Part shown: positions 29,249-39,017 of the stretch, in pieces
Numbering within the stretch: the first letter of the stretch is position 1
How the letters are laid out: each line of letters opens with the position of its first letter
Assembly (NCBI GenBank): GCA_044229845.1
Contig: JBGASG010000004.1
Coordinates: 288,001-352,000, forward strand
Direction of reading: 5' to 3'
Length of the DNA: 64,000 nt
DNA from: Candidatus Obscuribacteraceae bacterium
Lineage (GTDB): Bacteria > Cyanobacteriota > Vampirovibrionia > Obscuribacterales > Obscuribacteraceae
Notes under the pieces: model-generated
What the model was told of the DNA's origin: nothing
The model's input: only the letters and a program-made list of their open reading frames with translations
Database searches by the model: none
Made by a program: the position numbers and the translations under genes

Positions 29249-31282
29249 ATGCCCTTTCCTGAATTTGAACCAACACCTCCCGCCGTCCCGGAGGCTAGTT
29301 TCGATGCTAGCCAGGTTTCGGGCGTCGAATCCACTTCAGGCTTGACCGGCGCTGAAACGCAGCTCAATGCGCCCCAGGACGTCTCCTCGGCCAGCCAATT
29401 TTTCCAGCCCGGCAGCGGCACGGCCCTGCCCGAACTGCATATTTCTGACGGTGGTGCCAGCGCTTCCTTAGGCTCCGGCGCCGAACAAATGATGATGCAC
29501 CCGACCGAAGCGATGCTCGGCTCGGGTGTCGGTCCTTCCGGTGCCGAACTGGCGGTCTCGGCACCCACCGTGCCCGGCGCCGAATCGGCCGCCCTGACCT
29601 TCGCGCCAGGTAGTGAATCAGCCGCGATGTTGGGCAGTATGGCTCCCGTACCCCCAGGTGGCGAGCCGATTTCCCCCCTCATCCAGCTGATCATGAAGAT
29701 GCCCGGCATGATGGGCGTCATCAATAACCTCTTCGAGTTCTTGGGTGCTTTGTTTGGCGGCGGAAACTTAATAGCGCTATTCGATCCTATTCTGTGGATG
29801 CAGCATGCCTCTTCGGCGATCGCCACGTTTACGATCTCCTTCGTGGAAAACCTGCCGCAGGCGTTGATGAACAACATGTTCTCGGCGAACAACAACTTCT
29901 TCTTCAACACGATGGCGGATCATCTGCAGAAGTTCGCCGTCTCATCGACATCTACACAAATCGCGCCGATCGCGTCCGAGCCTCTTGCCGGCGGCGGTGG
30001 TCTCAATTTGAACATCAGCGGACCGGCCGATCTGAATAAGCCGATGTTCGAAAATTCCGACTTGATCGCCCAGGGTCCGTCCGGTCCAAACATGTATGGT
30101 GACTGGGGTCCGCAAAGCTTCTATGCCTCCAACTCCGGACAGCAGTTGATGGGCAACTACTCGCAAACGCCTGCTTTGCCAAACACCACCACTCCGTCCA
30201 CACCGCAATTCAATCAAGGAACTCCAGCTCCGGCACACGCGCCAAACGCGCACGCCTCGACCGGGCATGCACCATCCGCGCAAGGCGGCATGCACCATCC
30301 GCGGTACCACGCTCCGGCGCCCAGCGAGACCAGCGCCGTTCAGAACGGCAACCCAGACGGCAGCCAGTTCGGCAACGCCGACGGCAGCCAGATTGCTTCC
30401 AGCGATGCTCCGGCGCAGCCGAGCGAACCTTATCAAGTACAGCAAGGCGACAACCTCTGGGATATTGCTCAAAATCAATTGGGCGACGGCACGCGCTGGC
30501 ACGAGATTTATCAGCTCAATCAAGCCACCATAGGTGGTGACCCCAATTTGATTCATGTCGGCACGCAATTGCAAATGCCTGATGCCACCAACCTGACCGC
30601 CGACGGCGGCCACTACATGGTGCAGCCCGGCGACAACCTGTGGGACATCTCCCGCCATCAACTGGGTGACGGCAGCCGCTGGACGGAGCTTTACCAACAA
30701 AATCAGTCGGTGATCGGCGACAACCCCAATCTGATTCACCCCGGACAGCAGCTGGAAATCCACGGGGGCGGCGATATGTCCGCCGTAGCCTCCAATCCGC
30801 CTTCCGTACAAGCGCCCGTACACACGCCGGTGCACACACCGATTCATGCCCCGCTGCACACAGCCGCTGCGCAGCCTATCACTCATCACGTCACCACGGT
30901 CGGTCACGGACCGCAACTGGCGCAGGCAACTCCGAACACTCACGCCATCACAACTCACGCCACCGCCACCGTACCGGCCGCGCACGCGCCGGTCACTCAC
31001 GCACCGGTCACTCAGGCACCGGTGGCTCACTCGCCGGTCAACCAGGCTTCGCCGCTCGGACAGTTGCAAGCGCAGCAACCGATGTTCGACCTCGGTCGCC
31101 AGGCGCCTGTCGATGCGGTGCCGCCACAAGCTTCGACCACCGTGCCCACTTCCTTCGCCCGCGGTGTCGGCGGCATGGGAGACGGCGGCGTCTCGACAGC
31201 CGGCTCACCCGGCGCGGGCATGGATGCCACCGGCGGCGCCGGCAGCAACATCGACCCATCCTACTTCAACAAGCAACCCTAG
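29249..31282 (+). CDS. double-LysM protein with low-complexity Pro/Ala/His flanks
   Basis: Two repeats of YxVQxGDNLWDI..QLGDGxRWxExYQxN..IGxxPNLIHxG. Confidence 0.88.
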   Translation: MPFPEFEPTPPAVPEASFDASQVSGVESTSGLTGAETQLNAPQDVSSASQFFQPGSGTALPELHISDGGASASLGSGAEQMMMHPTEAMLGSGVGPSGAELAVSAPTVPGAESAALTFAPGSESAAMLGSMAPVPPGGEPISPLIQLIMKMPGMMGVINNLFEFLGALFGGGNLIALFDPILWMQHASSAIATFTISFVENLPQALMNNMFSANNNFFFNTMADHLQKFAVSSTSTQIAPIASEPLAGGGGLNLNISGPADLNKPMFENSDLIAQGPSGPNMYGDWGPQSFYASNSGQQLMGNYSQTPALPNTTTPSTPQFNQGTPAPAHAPNAHASTGHAPSAQGGMHHPRYHAPAPSETSAVQNGNPDGSQFGNADGSQIASSDAPAQPSEPYQVQQGDNLWDIAQNQLGDGTRWHEIYQLNQATIGGDPNLIHVGTQLQMPDATNLTADGGHYMVQPGDNLWDISRHQLGDGSRWTELYQQNQSVIGDNPNLIHPGQQLEIHGGGDMSAVASNPPSVQAPVHTPVHTPIHAPLHTAAAQPITHHVTTVGHGPQLAQATPNTHAITTHATATVPAAHAPVTHAPVTQAPVAHSPVNQASPLGQLQAQQPMFDLGRQAPVDAVPPQASTTVPTSFARGVGGMGDGGVSTAGSPGAGMDATGGAGSNIDPSYFNKQP

Positions 31283-31355
31283 CTGAGCTGACTGGCCGGA
31301 TTGGCAAATTTCTCGCATTGGAAATTGCCAATCTGGCCAGTCATCTCAGCTAGGG
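31277..31355. repeat. long imperfect inverted repeat (about 35-bp stem) between convergent genes
   Basis: CCCTAGCTGAGCTGACTGGCCGGATTGGCAAATTTC ... GAAATTGCCAATCTGGCCAGTCATCTCAGCTAGGG. Confidence 0.85.
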
Positions 31356-31463
31356 CTGGTGCAGATCAAAAAACGCCACTACAAAAACAACAACGCGCCG
31401 CACTAGGCGACGCGGGGCTGCTCAGACTTGCCACTGGTAGAGGAGAGCCGTCTGATGTTTAGA

Positions 31464-32147
31464 CTAGACGACGAAGTCCGGTGTTTCAGCAACTTTATCG
31501 TTGTGAATGACTTCGATGCGATACTGTCCGGGCCCGACATGCACGTTCGGTGCAACAATCGCGCCATCTTCATTGGTCTTGCGCGAGAACACCACACCGC
31601 GATTGACTTCGCGAATGCGCAGTTCGACATCGCACAGAGCTTCGTCTTGAGTATCTTTTGCTTGCAGCAAGATTCTCAGGTGCTCTTTATCCACCAGCCA
31701 GCCAAGGTTGATTTGCACGTTCGCATCTTCAAGCTGTTGCTGGAATGTGCCGAGCGATACCATCTGCGTACCGACACCGCGCATGGCACCGGCGGGAACC
31801 ATTTGCTGCCACGCCATACCAGCAAGCATGTCTTGCCAGGTATTGATGGCGGCTTCGCGCGATTGACCGATGAGGTCCTTGAGCTTGATGACGCCTTTCT
31901 CGACGACGTCGACCACGCTCTTCTCTTCACCAATCAGCTTGGCGGTCACTCGTTTGAGAATGCTCTCGTCATTCGACGTTAGCGGCAGATGCTCCGACGC
32001 CGACCACATGGCCTTGTCGAATTGGCTGTCTACACCGGGCAGCGGTAGGCTGTCCGCATTCTTGCTGAGAAACGATGCAAAAGAATCGGCTGCGACGTTC
32101 TCGTCGCCCGCAAGTATTCTTGCCAATTCTTCTTTCAGGTTTTTCAT
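31464..32147 (-). CDS. putative sigma-partner protein, DUF1822-like C-terminus
   Basis: WQ..P.GAMRG, beta-rich C-terminus ending GPGQYRIEV...ETPDFVV; directly downstream of the sigma-like gene. Confidence 0.55.
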   Translation of the reverse strand: MKNLKEELARILAGDENVAADSFASFLSKNADSLPLPGVDSQFDKAMWSASEHLPLTSNDESILKRVTAKLIGEEKSVVDVVEKGVIKLKDLIGQSREAAINTWQDMLAGMAWQQMVPAGAMRGVGTQMVSLGTFQQQLEDANVQINLGWLVDKEHLRILLQAKDTQDEALCDVELRIREVNRGVVFSRKTNEDGAIVAPNVHVGPGQYRIEVIHNDKVAETPDFVV

Positions 32148-32161
32148 TTTCGCCGAAGCTC

Positions 32162-32899
32162 CTAGATACGCGACTCTTCTTTTTCCAACCGTTCTTTGAA
32201 TGCCTTTAGCGTGCGAACGATTTTCTTGTCGACCGTATCTATACTCTTCGCGTCCATTTTTAGACACGAAATCAAATCTTCTCGCTTATATCCCTGCACA
32301 TACTTCAAAAGGAAGCAGGTACGGTGTATTCCGGGCGGCAGCTCTTTGATAATCCGGTTTATTAAATCCTTCAAAAGTGACTGGCTGGCCGGGTCGGAGT
32401 CTTCCTTGCCGCTCAGACTGTACTCCCAGCCGAAAACGTCCTCGGCGGACCGTCCATCATCTTCATCAAATAAGGAATCTAAGGATGTGGTCCGGAATTG
32501 TCCGGTGGACGCCGATTCTTCATCGAAGGTCTTGCCGGCGGACAGGGTCTTAACCTGCATCGATTCGCCCTCGAAAGTCCCGTCGCTTTCGCTTTCGGTG
32601 ATTTCGCTGGCCCGGGTGAGGACTTTTGTAGTGTCCTTCTTACGCAGCTGAACCTTGTGATAACGCTCGAGATTCTGCGCTATTGCCTTGTTGCAGGCTC
32701 CCAGACAGTAGAGCGCCAGGTTGGCGTCCGGATGGGAGGGGTCGAAGTGGGTCGTGACCAGAACCAGCGCATTCTGCAGGATGTCTTCTATATCCTCATC
32801 TGTCGCCAGACGCGCACGCGAGCGAATGTAACGCATCATGCGTGTGGGGGTGAAATCCATCTCCCCCTTCAGAAACGCTCGGGCTTCCTTTTGTTTCAT
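32162..32899 (-). CDS. divergent sigma-70 family (ECF-like) sigma factor
   Basis: Region 2-like DIEDILQNAL..FDP...LALY; region 4-like IKELPP..RTCFLLKYVQGYKREDLISCL. Confidence 0.7.
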   Translation of the reverse strand: MKQKEARAFLKGEMDFTPTRMMRYIRSRARLATDEDIEDILQNALVLVTTHFDPSHPDANLALYCLGACNKAIAQNLERYHKVQLRKKDTTKVLTRASEITESESDGTFEGESMQVKTLSAGKTFDEESASTGQFRTTSLDSLFDEDDGRSAEDVFGWEYSLSGKEDSDPASQSLLKDLINRIIKELPPGIHRTCFLLKYVQGYKREDLISCLKMDAKSIDTVDKKIVRTLKAFKERLEKEESRI

Positions 32900-33100
32900 C
32901 CGTAACTCGGTGCCAACTGCCAGTGGTCCGCATAAATTGTATCTACACAAATTCCCAAATTTCAGGATAACGGCAAAAATATTGCCCACAATCTGTCTTT
33001 CGGCATTTGCCATCCGGATGCCAAGAGTCCGGAATGAGCCCTGTGTCAGCGTCAGGAAAGCTTTTCGTGCCAAACTTACGCCCTTAAGGAAACTCCTCGT

Positions 33101-34306
33101 ATGCCATTGACTGCAACAAAGCACCCCAAACCGTTCAGGGACATCCGACTCTCACGGCGGCGCAGCACCCCCCTGCACGATTTCGGCAGACACGTCTGGA
33201 GCGATATTCTCGAAGCCGTCACCGGCAAGGCGCTCCCCACATTCCCCAACCTCATTCAAAGAGCGCAGGCCAGCGGCCTGCCCATGGACGACTTTCAGGA
33301 AGCCCTGGAGGCTGGAGGCGAGTCCGGACAGAACTCTGACGCCGATATCGCCACCGAGCTGCTTTCGATAGCGCGCGGACACTATGGCAAGGGCTCGTAC
33401 TGGGCAGAGCTGGGAGTGAAGACCCAGGCTCGCGACCATTACTTGATGTCCATGCTCTGGTGCTCATACGCCGAACTATTTATAGAAGAGCCCTTCCTGC
33501 GTGCTCGGGTCCATCCTCTATATCAAGAGGCGTATCGCAAAGTCGCGCACCTGTTTGCCAGTCCAGCCCGGCTGGTTTCGGTAGACATCGGACACGGCCA
33601 GGGCATTCTCGAAGGCTACCTGCGCCTGCCTCCGTCGAGCCAGGGCGGGCGCAAGAAAGGCGTACCATGTGCGATTCTGGTAAACGGACTGTCCAGCACC
33701 AAGGAAGAGCTGCACTTCACCGAAAACGCCCTTTTGGCGGCCGATATCGCAACGCTATCGTTTGACTATCCCGGTATTCATGAAGACACTTCGGAAGCGC
33801 TGCACCGACTTGATGTGGATGCGCTCGCTTATGCACTCTGTGCGCTGGTGGCATCTCAGATTGAAGTAGACATTACGCGCGTGGCGCTCTACGGAGTTTC
33901 TTTCGGAGCGCGTCTGGCACTGCATATGGCGACAGAGATGCCGGAAAGATTCAAGGCGGTGGTTGCACTTTCCGCGCCATTCGATATGCTAGCGGACGTG
34001 GATACCCTGCATGCAACACTAGAACAGGAAGCAGCTATCTACCCCGGCACTACAACATCGGCACTGGCAGACTTCGCCAAGAAGACCCCTCTTGCAAACA
34101 GACTGGACAGGATCACGGCACCACTTTTAGTGGCAGGCGGCGGTCGCGACTTGATCGCGCTGCCCGAAGAGACCTCCTTCATCTATGAACTGGCAGCCTC
34201 GGCAGACAAAAAATTGATTCTCTGCCCTAGCGCCGGCCACGTCTGCAGCGAAATGATGCCTTCTTTGCGGCATGAAATCGCGCAATGGATCAAGCAGCGG
34301 ATATGA
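33101..34306 (+). CDS. alpha/beta hydrolase (FrsA/DUF1100-like)
   Basis: GYLRLP, NGLSSTKEE, FDYPG, GVSFG nucleophile, GGRD, AGH. Confidence 0.85.
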   Translation: MPLTATKHPKPFRDIRLSRRRSTPLHDFGRHVWSDILEAVTGKALPTFPNLIQRAQASGLPMDDFQEALEAGGESGQNSDADIATELLSIARGHYGKGSYWAELGVKTQARDHYLMSMLWCSYAELFIEEPFLRARVHPLYQEAYRKVAHLFASPARLVSVDIGHGQGILEGYLRLPPSSQGGRKKGVPCAILVNGLSSTKEELHFTENALLAADIATLSFDYPGIHEDTSEALHRLDVDALAYALCALVASQIEVDITRVALYGVSFGARLALHMATEMPERFKAVVALSAPFDMLADVDTLHATLEQEAAIYPGTTTSALADFAKKTPLANRLDRITAPLLVAGGGRDLIALPEETSFIYELAASADKKLILCPSAGHVCSEMMPSLRHEIAQWIKQRI

Positions 34307-35781
34307 CATCGGGCATACGGTTGCAGCTGTGCACCGGAATATGCATCGCATTGTTGGCGTTTTCGCACGCCCTCCCCTCCAACGCACAGCAACCAAATCC
34401 GGCATCCAGCACCATGCCCGCCGGGTCCGGTAAGCAAGTGGCGCAAGCACTGCCGATGGATCCCGATGCTCCGATTCTCCTGCCGCCGATCGCGCCCTCG
34501 ACAAACTCGTCAGGCAGCAGCTTCCCCAACATTACGGTGCCCGGCGGCAGCACGTCGTCACCGGCCATGCCTCCGACGTTGAACCCGGTGGGAATTCTCG
34601 AAGCCTTCGATGAAGGACTGGTGAAGAGTCCACGGGCAGCGGCGGCGCGCGCCCAGATGGGTATCGCCAAAGCCTCGATGGCAGCGGCCTGGACCCTGCC
34701 CAACCCATCGTTCCTTTTATACAACGGTATGCGGGCTGAACAGACCTACCAGAAAGGCGTGTCCCTCAATCTAGAACCGCCATGGAAACTGGTTACTCGC
34801 ATTATTCAAGCGAAGCGCCAGATCAAGCAAGCCGACATCGAAATCATGCAGAGTCTCTGGACGTTGCGCAGCTCAGTGCGCCGCGCTTATCTGGAAGCAG
34901 TAGTTTCGGAAGCCACTTATGAAACTCTGCAAGAACTCTTCGACCTCTCCGACAAACTCCTGAACGTTGCACAGAAGCGCTTTCAGGCAGGCGACGTGCC
35001 CGAACTGGACGTTCTTAAAGCCCGCCTGGCTACGTCGCAGGCACAAATCGATCGCACCCAGGGCGACCGGCGCGTTATGCAAGCCAAACAACAGCTGGCC
35101 ATCATTCTCGGCAGGTCGCACAATCAAGTGGTCGACGTCAACAAACTGCCCACCTTCAACTTGCACGTCGAGAAGAACGACCTGCTCCCCGACTTCGACA
35201 AGCCGGTGCCGCCGCTGGACCAGTTTATCGCTGAAGCTAAAAAGAACCGGTTGGAGCTGAAGCTGGTCAATCAGCAAATCGCCGTCAACGAAGCTGCATT
35301 GAAAAACACCTACGCTAATATCATCCCCAACACGCAAATGAACGTCGGTGCCTCGGCCACCGGCAACCCGCCCACCGGACCGAAGATCAAGAACGGATGG
35401 TTCATGGGCTTCTCACAAGAATTACCGATCGGCAACTGGCAGCAGGGTGACATCTTCAGGCTGAAAAGCACGATCAAACAATTGAAGATGGAGTTCACAT
35501 CACAGGAGAACCAGGTGATTGCCCAGGTTTCGTCCGCGTATCAAAAACTGATCGCCGCTCGCGACAGAATTCGTGCCTATCAAGAGCACGTGCTGGCCGA
35601 CTCCAACGAAGTCGCTCGCCTGGCGCGGCGCAGTTACGAAGTGGGGCAGTCGGACATCACGTCAACGCTTGCCGCCCAGCAAGCCAATATCCAGATTCGC
35701 AGCCAGTATCTCGATGCCGTGCAGGACTACCAGCAAGCATTCGCGGATCTCGAACAGTCCATCGGTCGCCCGCTGGAATAA
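34303..35781 (+). CDS. TolC/CzcC-family outer membrane efflux protein
   Basis: Signal peptide; RFQAGDVPELDVLKA, SYEVGQSDITSTL; ATGA coupling to the hydrolase gene. Confidence 0.9.
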   Translation: MTSGIRLQLCTGICIALLAFSHALPSNAQQPNPASSTMPAGSGKQVAQALPMDPDAPILLPPIAPSTNSSGSSFPNITVPGGSTSSPAMPPTLNPVGILEAFDEGLVKSPRAAAARAQMGIAKASMAAAWTLPNPSFLLYNGMRAEQTYQKGVSLNLEPPWKLVTRIIQAKRQIKQADIEIMQSLWTLRSSVRRAYLEAVVSEATYETLQELFDLSDKLLNVAQKRFQAGDVPELDVLKARLATSQAQIDRTQGDRRVMQAKQQLAIILGRSHNQVVDVNKLPTFNLHVEKNDLLPDFDKPVPPLDQFIAEAKKNRLELKLVNQQIAVNEAALKNTYANIIPNTQMNVGASATGNPPTGPKIKNGWFMGFSQELPIGNWQQGDIFRLKSTIKQLKMEFTSQENQVIAQVSSAYQKLIAARDRIRAYQEHVLADSNEVARLARRSYEVGQSDITSTLAAQQANIQIRSQYLDAVQDYQQAFADLEQSIGRPLE

Positions 35782-35783
35782 GC

Positions 35784-38700
35784 CTATTGCAGTCCGGGGC
35801 TTTGCAGGTCAGACAGGCGGTATTCGCCGGTCAGGCGGGTGTGTTCTTCGTATTCTTCTTCCTTGCCGACGCCGCCCGGCTGCCCGTTGGCAGGCGGCTT
35901 GTTGATCCAGGCATACACCGCCGGCAATACCAGGAGAGTGAGCGCCGTCGCACTCACCAGTCCCCCCAGCACGACAATTGCCAGCGGGCGCTGCACCTCG
36001 GCACCGGTGCCGCCCGAGATAATCTTGGGCAAAAGGCCCATAATCGCCACGGTTGCCGTCATCAAAACCGGTCGCAATCGCGTCATGGCGCCGTCAGTGG
36101 CCGCATCTACGACGTTCATGCCCCGGCGCTGCAACTGCGTGATGTAGGTGACCATAATGACGCCGTTTTGCACCGCCACTCCAAACAAAGCGATAAACCC
36201 GATAATCGCCGGCACCGAGATGGTCTGGTGTGTGATGAACAAGCCGACAAATCCGCCGATCATGGCAAAAGGCACGTTGAGCATGATCAGGCTGGCGTTC
36301 CTCAAAGAGTTAAAAGAAGCGAAGAGCAACACGAAGATCAATAAGAGCACGATCGGCACCACCACGGCCAGACGTTGCATGGCGCGCATCTGGTTTTCGA
36401 AAGTACCGCCCCAGACAACCCGATAACCGCGTGGCAGTTGCACTTCTTTGGACACCCGCTCTTGCGCCTCGGCAACGAATCCGCCCAGGTCGCGTCCGCG
36501 CACATTAGCCAGAACGGCGGTGCGCCGCTGTCCATCTTCACGGTTGACCATGACGGTGCCGCGTTTGATTTGAATGTCCGCCAGGTGCTTGAGCGGCACG
36601 CGCGCACCGGACGGCGTCGCCACCAAAATCGCCTCGATGTCTTCTTCCGAATCGCGATACTCAGCCGGGTATCTCACCGAAATCCCGAAACGCTGCGTAC
36701 CTTCGAGAACATCCGAAACCACTCGCCCGGCGATCGCGGTGTTGATAATCTCTTGCACATCGCTGACATTCAGCCCATAGCGCGCAATCACATCGCGCTT
36801 AAGCGAGATGTTCATTTGCGGCAATCCCAGAATCTGCTCACGCTGCATATCGGCGGAACCACGCACGCCCCTGACGATGCCCTGAATCTTGGCGGCGATG
36901 GCATCGATTTTTTCCAGGTCGTCGCCGAAAACTTTGATACCCAGGTCTGCTTTGATGCCGGCCACGAGATCATCAATCATGTCGGCAATCGGTTGGGAGA
37001 AGCTGTAAATCAGCCCCGGCACCTTGTCCAGCTGTGCCGCCATGCGATTGACCAGCTCTTCTTTATTGTGCGTGGTGCGCCATTCGCTGTTAGGTTTAAG
37101 TCCGATGTAGATGTCGGCATTGTCGACGCCTTCCAGATCGGAGCCCATTCCGGAGCGACCGATTTTAGAAACAACGACGGTCACTTCAGGAAACTCCTTG
37201 ACGATCTCCTCGACGTGACTGATGATGCGCCGCGATTCTGTGTGGCTGACGCTCGGCGAAAGTTTCGTGCGCAAAAGTATTGAACCCTCATCGAGGGTTG
37301 GAATGAACTCAGAGCCCAAAAACGGGATCAGGCAGAAGCTCACCAGCAAAGCGCCAAGCGACACCACCAGAGTGCGTTTGGGATGCTGAATAGCGCTCTT
37401 CAGGGCGGGTGTGTAGACCCTGACCACAGCATCCAAAATCGGATTGTGTTTTTCCTCGATATTGCGCCCTCTGAACATCCAGAAGCAGAGCACGGGAATC
37501 AAAGTCAACGACACCAGCAAGGCGCCGAGAATGGCATAAATAAAGGTGAGCGCCAGAGGGTGAAACATCTTGCCTTCGATGCCTTCCAGCGTAAACAGCG
37601 GGATGTAGACCGAGACAATAATGAAAATTGCAAAAACGATCGGTCGCCCGACTTCCTGAGCAGCCTGTGTGACAATCGGCAGGATGTCGATCTTCTGCCC
37701 GATGCCGCGCGCAACGCCTGGCAGGTCGCCAGAGGCGTCGGAGGAAAGTTTCGACCGCGCGTGCGCCACCTGGCGGAAGATGTTTTCCACCATCACCACG
37801 CCGGCATCGACAATCACGCCGAAGTCGACCGCCCCGAGAGTCATGAGATTGGCCGAAAGTCCAGTGAATTTCATGAGGATGAAACTGAACAGCAGCGAGA
37901 GCGGAATGATGACGGAGACAATCAACGCGCTGGGGATATCGAGCAAAAAAGCGAACAGCACAATCACTACCATGCCGCCCGAAAACATCAATATCTCTTT
38001 GACGGTGTCGATGGTCTTGTCGACAAGTTCGGTCTGGTTGTAGTAGGGATAAATCTTCACACCCTCAGGCAGTTCGCTTTCGATATCGCGCAGTTTGGCT
38101 TCTACCTGGTCAACCACCGCCTTGGTGTTGACGCCTTTGCGAGTCATGACGACGCCCGTCACCGCTTCACCCTTTCCGTTCATCGAAGCTGATCCGCGTC
38201 GGAAGGCGGGCCCGATCTTCACCTCAGCCACCTGTCTGATCGTCACCGGCGTTCCGTTTACTGATTTGAGTACGATGTCGGCGATGTCTTTCTCGTTGTG
38301 GATGCGACCCAGTCCGCGAATGATGATTTCCTCGCCGCCTTGCTCGATGAAGTTGCCGCCGGCATTGCTGTTGTTTGCTTCCAGCGCCTTAACGACATCG
38401 CGCAGTGTCAGGTCGTATCCTTTTAAGCGATCCGGCTGCACAACCACCTGATATTGCTTTACGAAACCGCCATAGGACACGACATTGCCGACACCCGGCA
38501 CCGCCCGAAAGCGCCGCGCCACCTGCCAGTCTTGAATGGTGCGCAACTCGGTGAGATCGTGCCGGTCGGAGGTCAGATAGTAGGCGAACACGTTGGAGAA
38601 GCTGGAGACCAGAGGTCCAAGTTGCGGTCTTGGTGCGCCTTCCGGCAGGTCGAGCTGGTTGAGCAGCCGCTGCTGGATCAGCTCGCGCGCAAAATAGGGA

Positions 38701-39005
38701 TCTGTATCGTCTTCGAAAATAGCCGTGACCACTGACAATCCGAAGCTGGAATTAGAGCGGATGTGTTTGATCTTGGGCACGCCGCTGAGCGCGCTCTCGA
38801 TGGGAAACGTAATCTGGCGCTCGACTTCGTCGGTAGCCATGGTCTCCGGCTCAGTGATGATCTGCACCTGAACGTTGCTGCAGTCAGGGAACGAGTCGAT
38901 CGGAATGTTGAGAATCGACCAGATACCGGCGACTGACAGGATGACGAAGAAGCCGACGGTGACCAGCCGTTGTTGCAGGGCAAAAGCGATGATGCGATCG
39001 ATCAT
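35784..39005 (-). CDS. CusA/CzcA-family heavy-metal efflux RND permease
   Basis: 1073 aa; GAVDFGVIVDAGVVMVEN, GSEFIPTLDEG, RLRPVLMTA, EVQRPLA. Confidence 0.95.
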   Translation of the reverse strand: MIDRIIAFALQQRLVTVGFFVILSVAGIWSILNIPIDSFPDCSNVQVQIITEPETMATDEVERQITFPIESALSGVPKIKHIRSNSSFGLSVVTAIFEDDTDPYFARELIQQRLLNQLDLPEGAPRPQLGPLVSSFSNVFAYYLTSDRHDLTELRTIQDWQVARRFRAVPGVGNVVSYGGFVKQYQVVVQPDRLKGYDLTLRDVVKALEANNSNAGGNFIEQGGEEIIIRGLGRIHNEKDIADIVLKSVNGTPVTIRQVAEVKIGPAFRRGSASMNGKGEAVTGVVMTRKGVNTKAVVDQVEAKLRDIESELPEGVKIYPYYNQTELVDKTIDTVKEILMFSGGMVVIVLFAFLLDIPSALIVSVIIPLSLLFSFILMKFTGLSANLMTLGAVDFGVIVDAGVVMVENIFRQVAHARSKLSSDASGDLPGVARGIGQKIDILPIVTQAAQEVGRPIVFAIFIIVSVYIPLFTLEGIEGKMFHPLALTFIYAILGALLVSLTLIPVLCFWMFRGRNIEEKHNPILDAVVRVYTPALKSAIQHPKRTLVVSLGALLVSFCLIPFLGSEFIPTLDEGSILLRTKLSPSVSHTESRRIISHVEEIVKEFPEVTVVVSKIGRSGMGSDLEGVDNADIYIGLKPNSEWRTTHNKEELVNRMAAQLDKVPGLIYSFSQPIADMIDDLVAGIKADLGIKVFGDDLEKIDAIAAKIQGIVRGVRGSADMQREQILGLPQMNISLKRDVIARYGLNVSDVQEIINTAIAGRVVSDVLEGTQRFGISVRYPAEYRDSEEDIEAILVATPSGARVPLKHLADIQIKRGTVMVNREDGQRRTAVLANVRGRDLGGFVAEAQERVSKEVQLPRGYRVVWGGTFENQMRAMQRLAVVVPIVLLLIFVLLFASFNSLRNASLIMLNVPFAMIGGFVGLFITHQTISVPAIIGFIALFGVAVQNGVIMVTYITQLQRRGMNVVDAATDGAMTRLRPVLMTATVAIMGLLPKIISGGTGAEVQRPLAIVVLGGLVSATALTLLVLPAVYAWINKPPANGQPGGVGKEEEYEEHTRLTGEYRLSDLQSPGLQ

Positions 39006-39017
39006 TTGATTGTCGCC

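Noticed and set aside
30430..30760. Direct DNA repeat as a possible CRISPR or mobile repeat
   Set aside because: It is the coding duplication of two LysM domains; no repeat-spacer periodicity and no cas genes.
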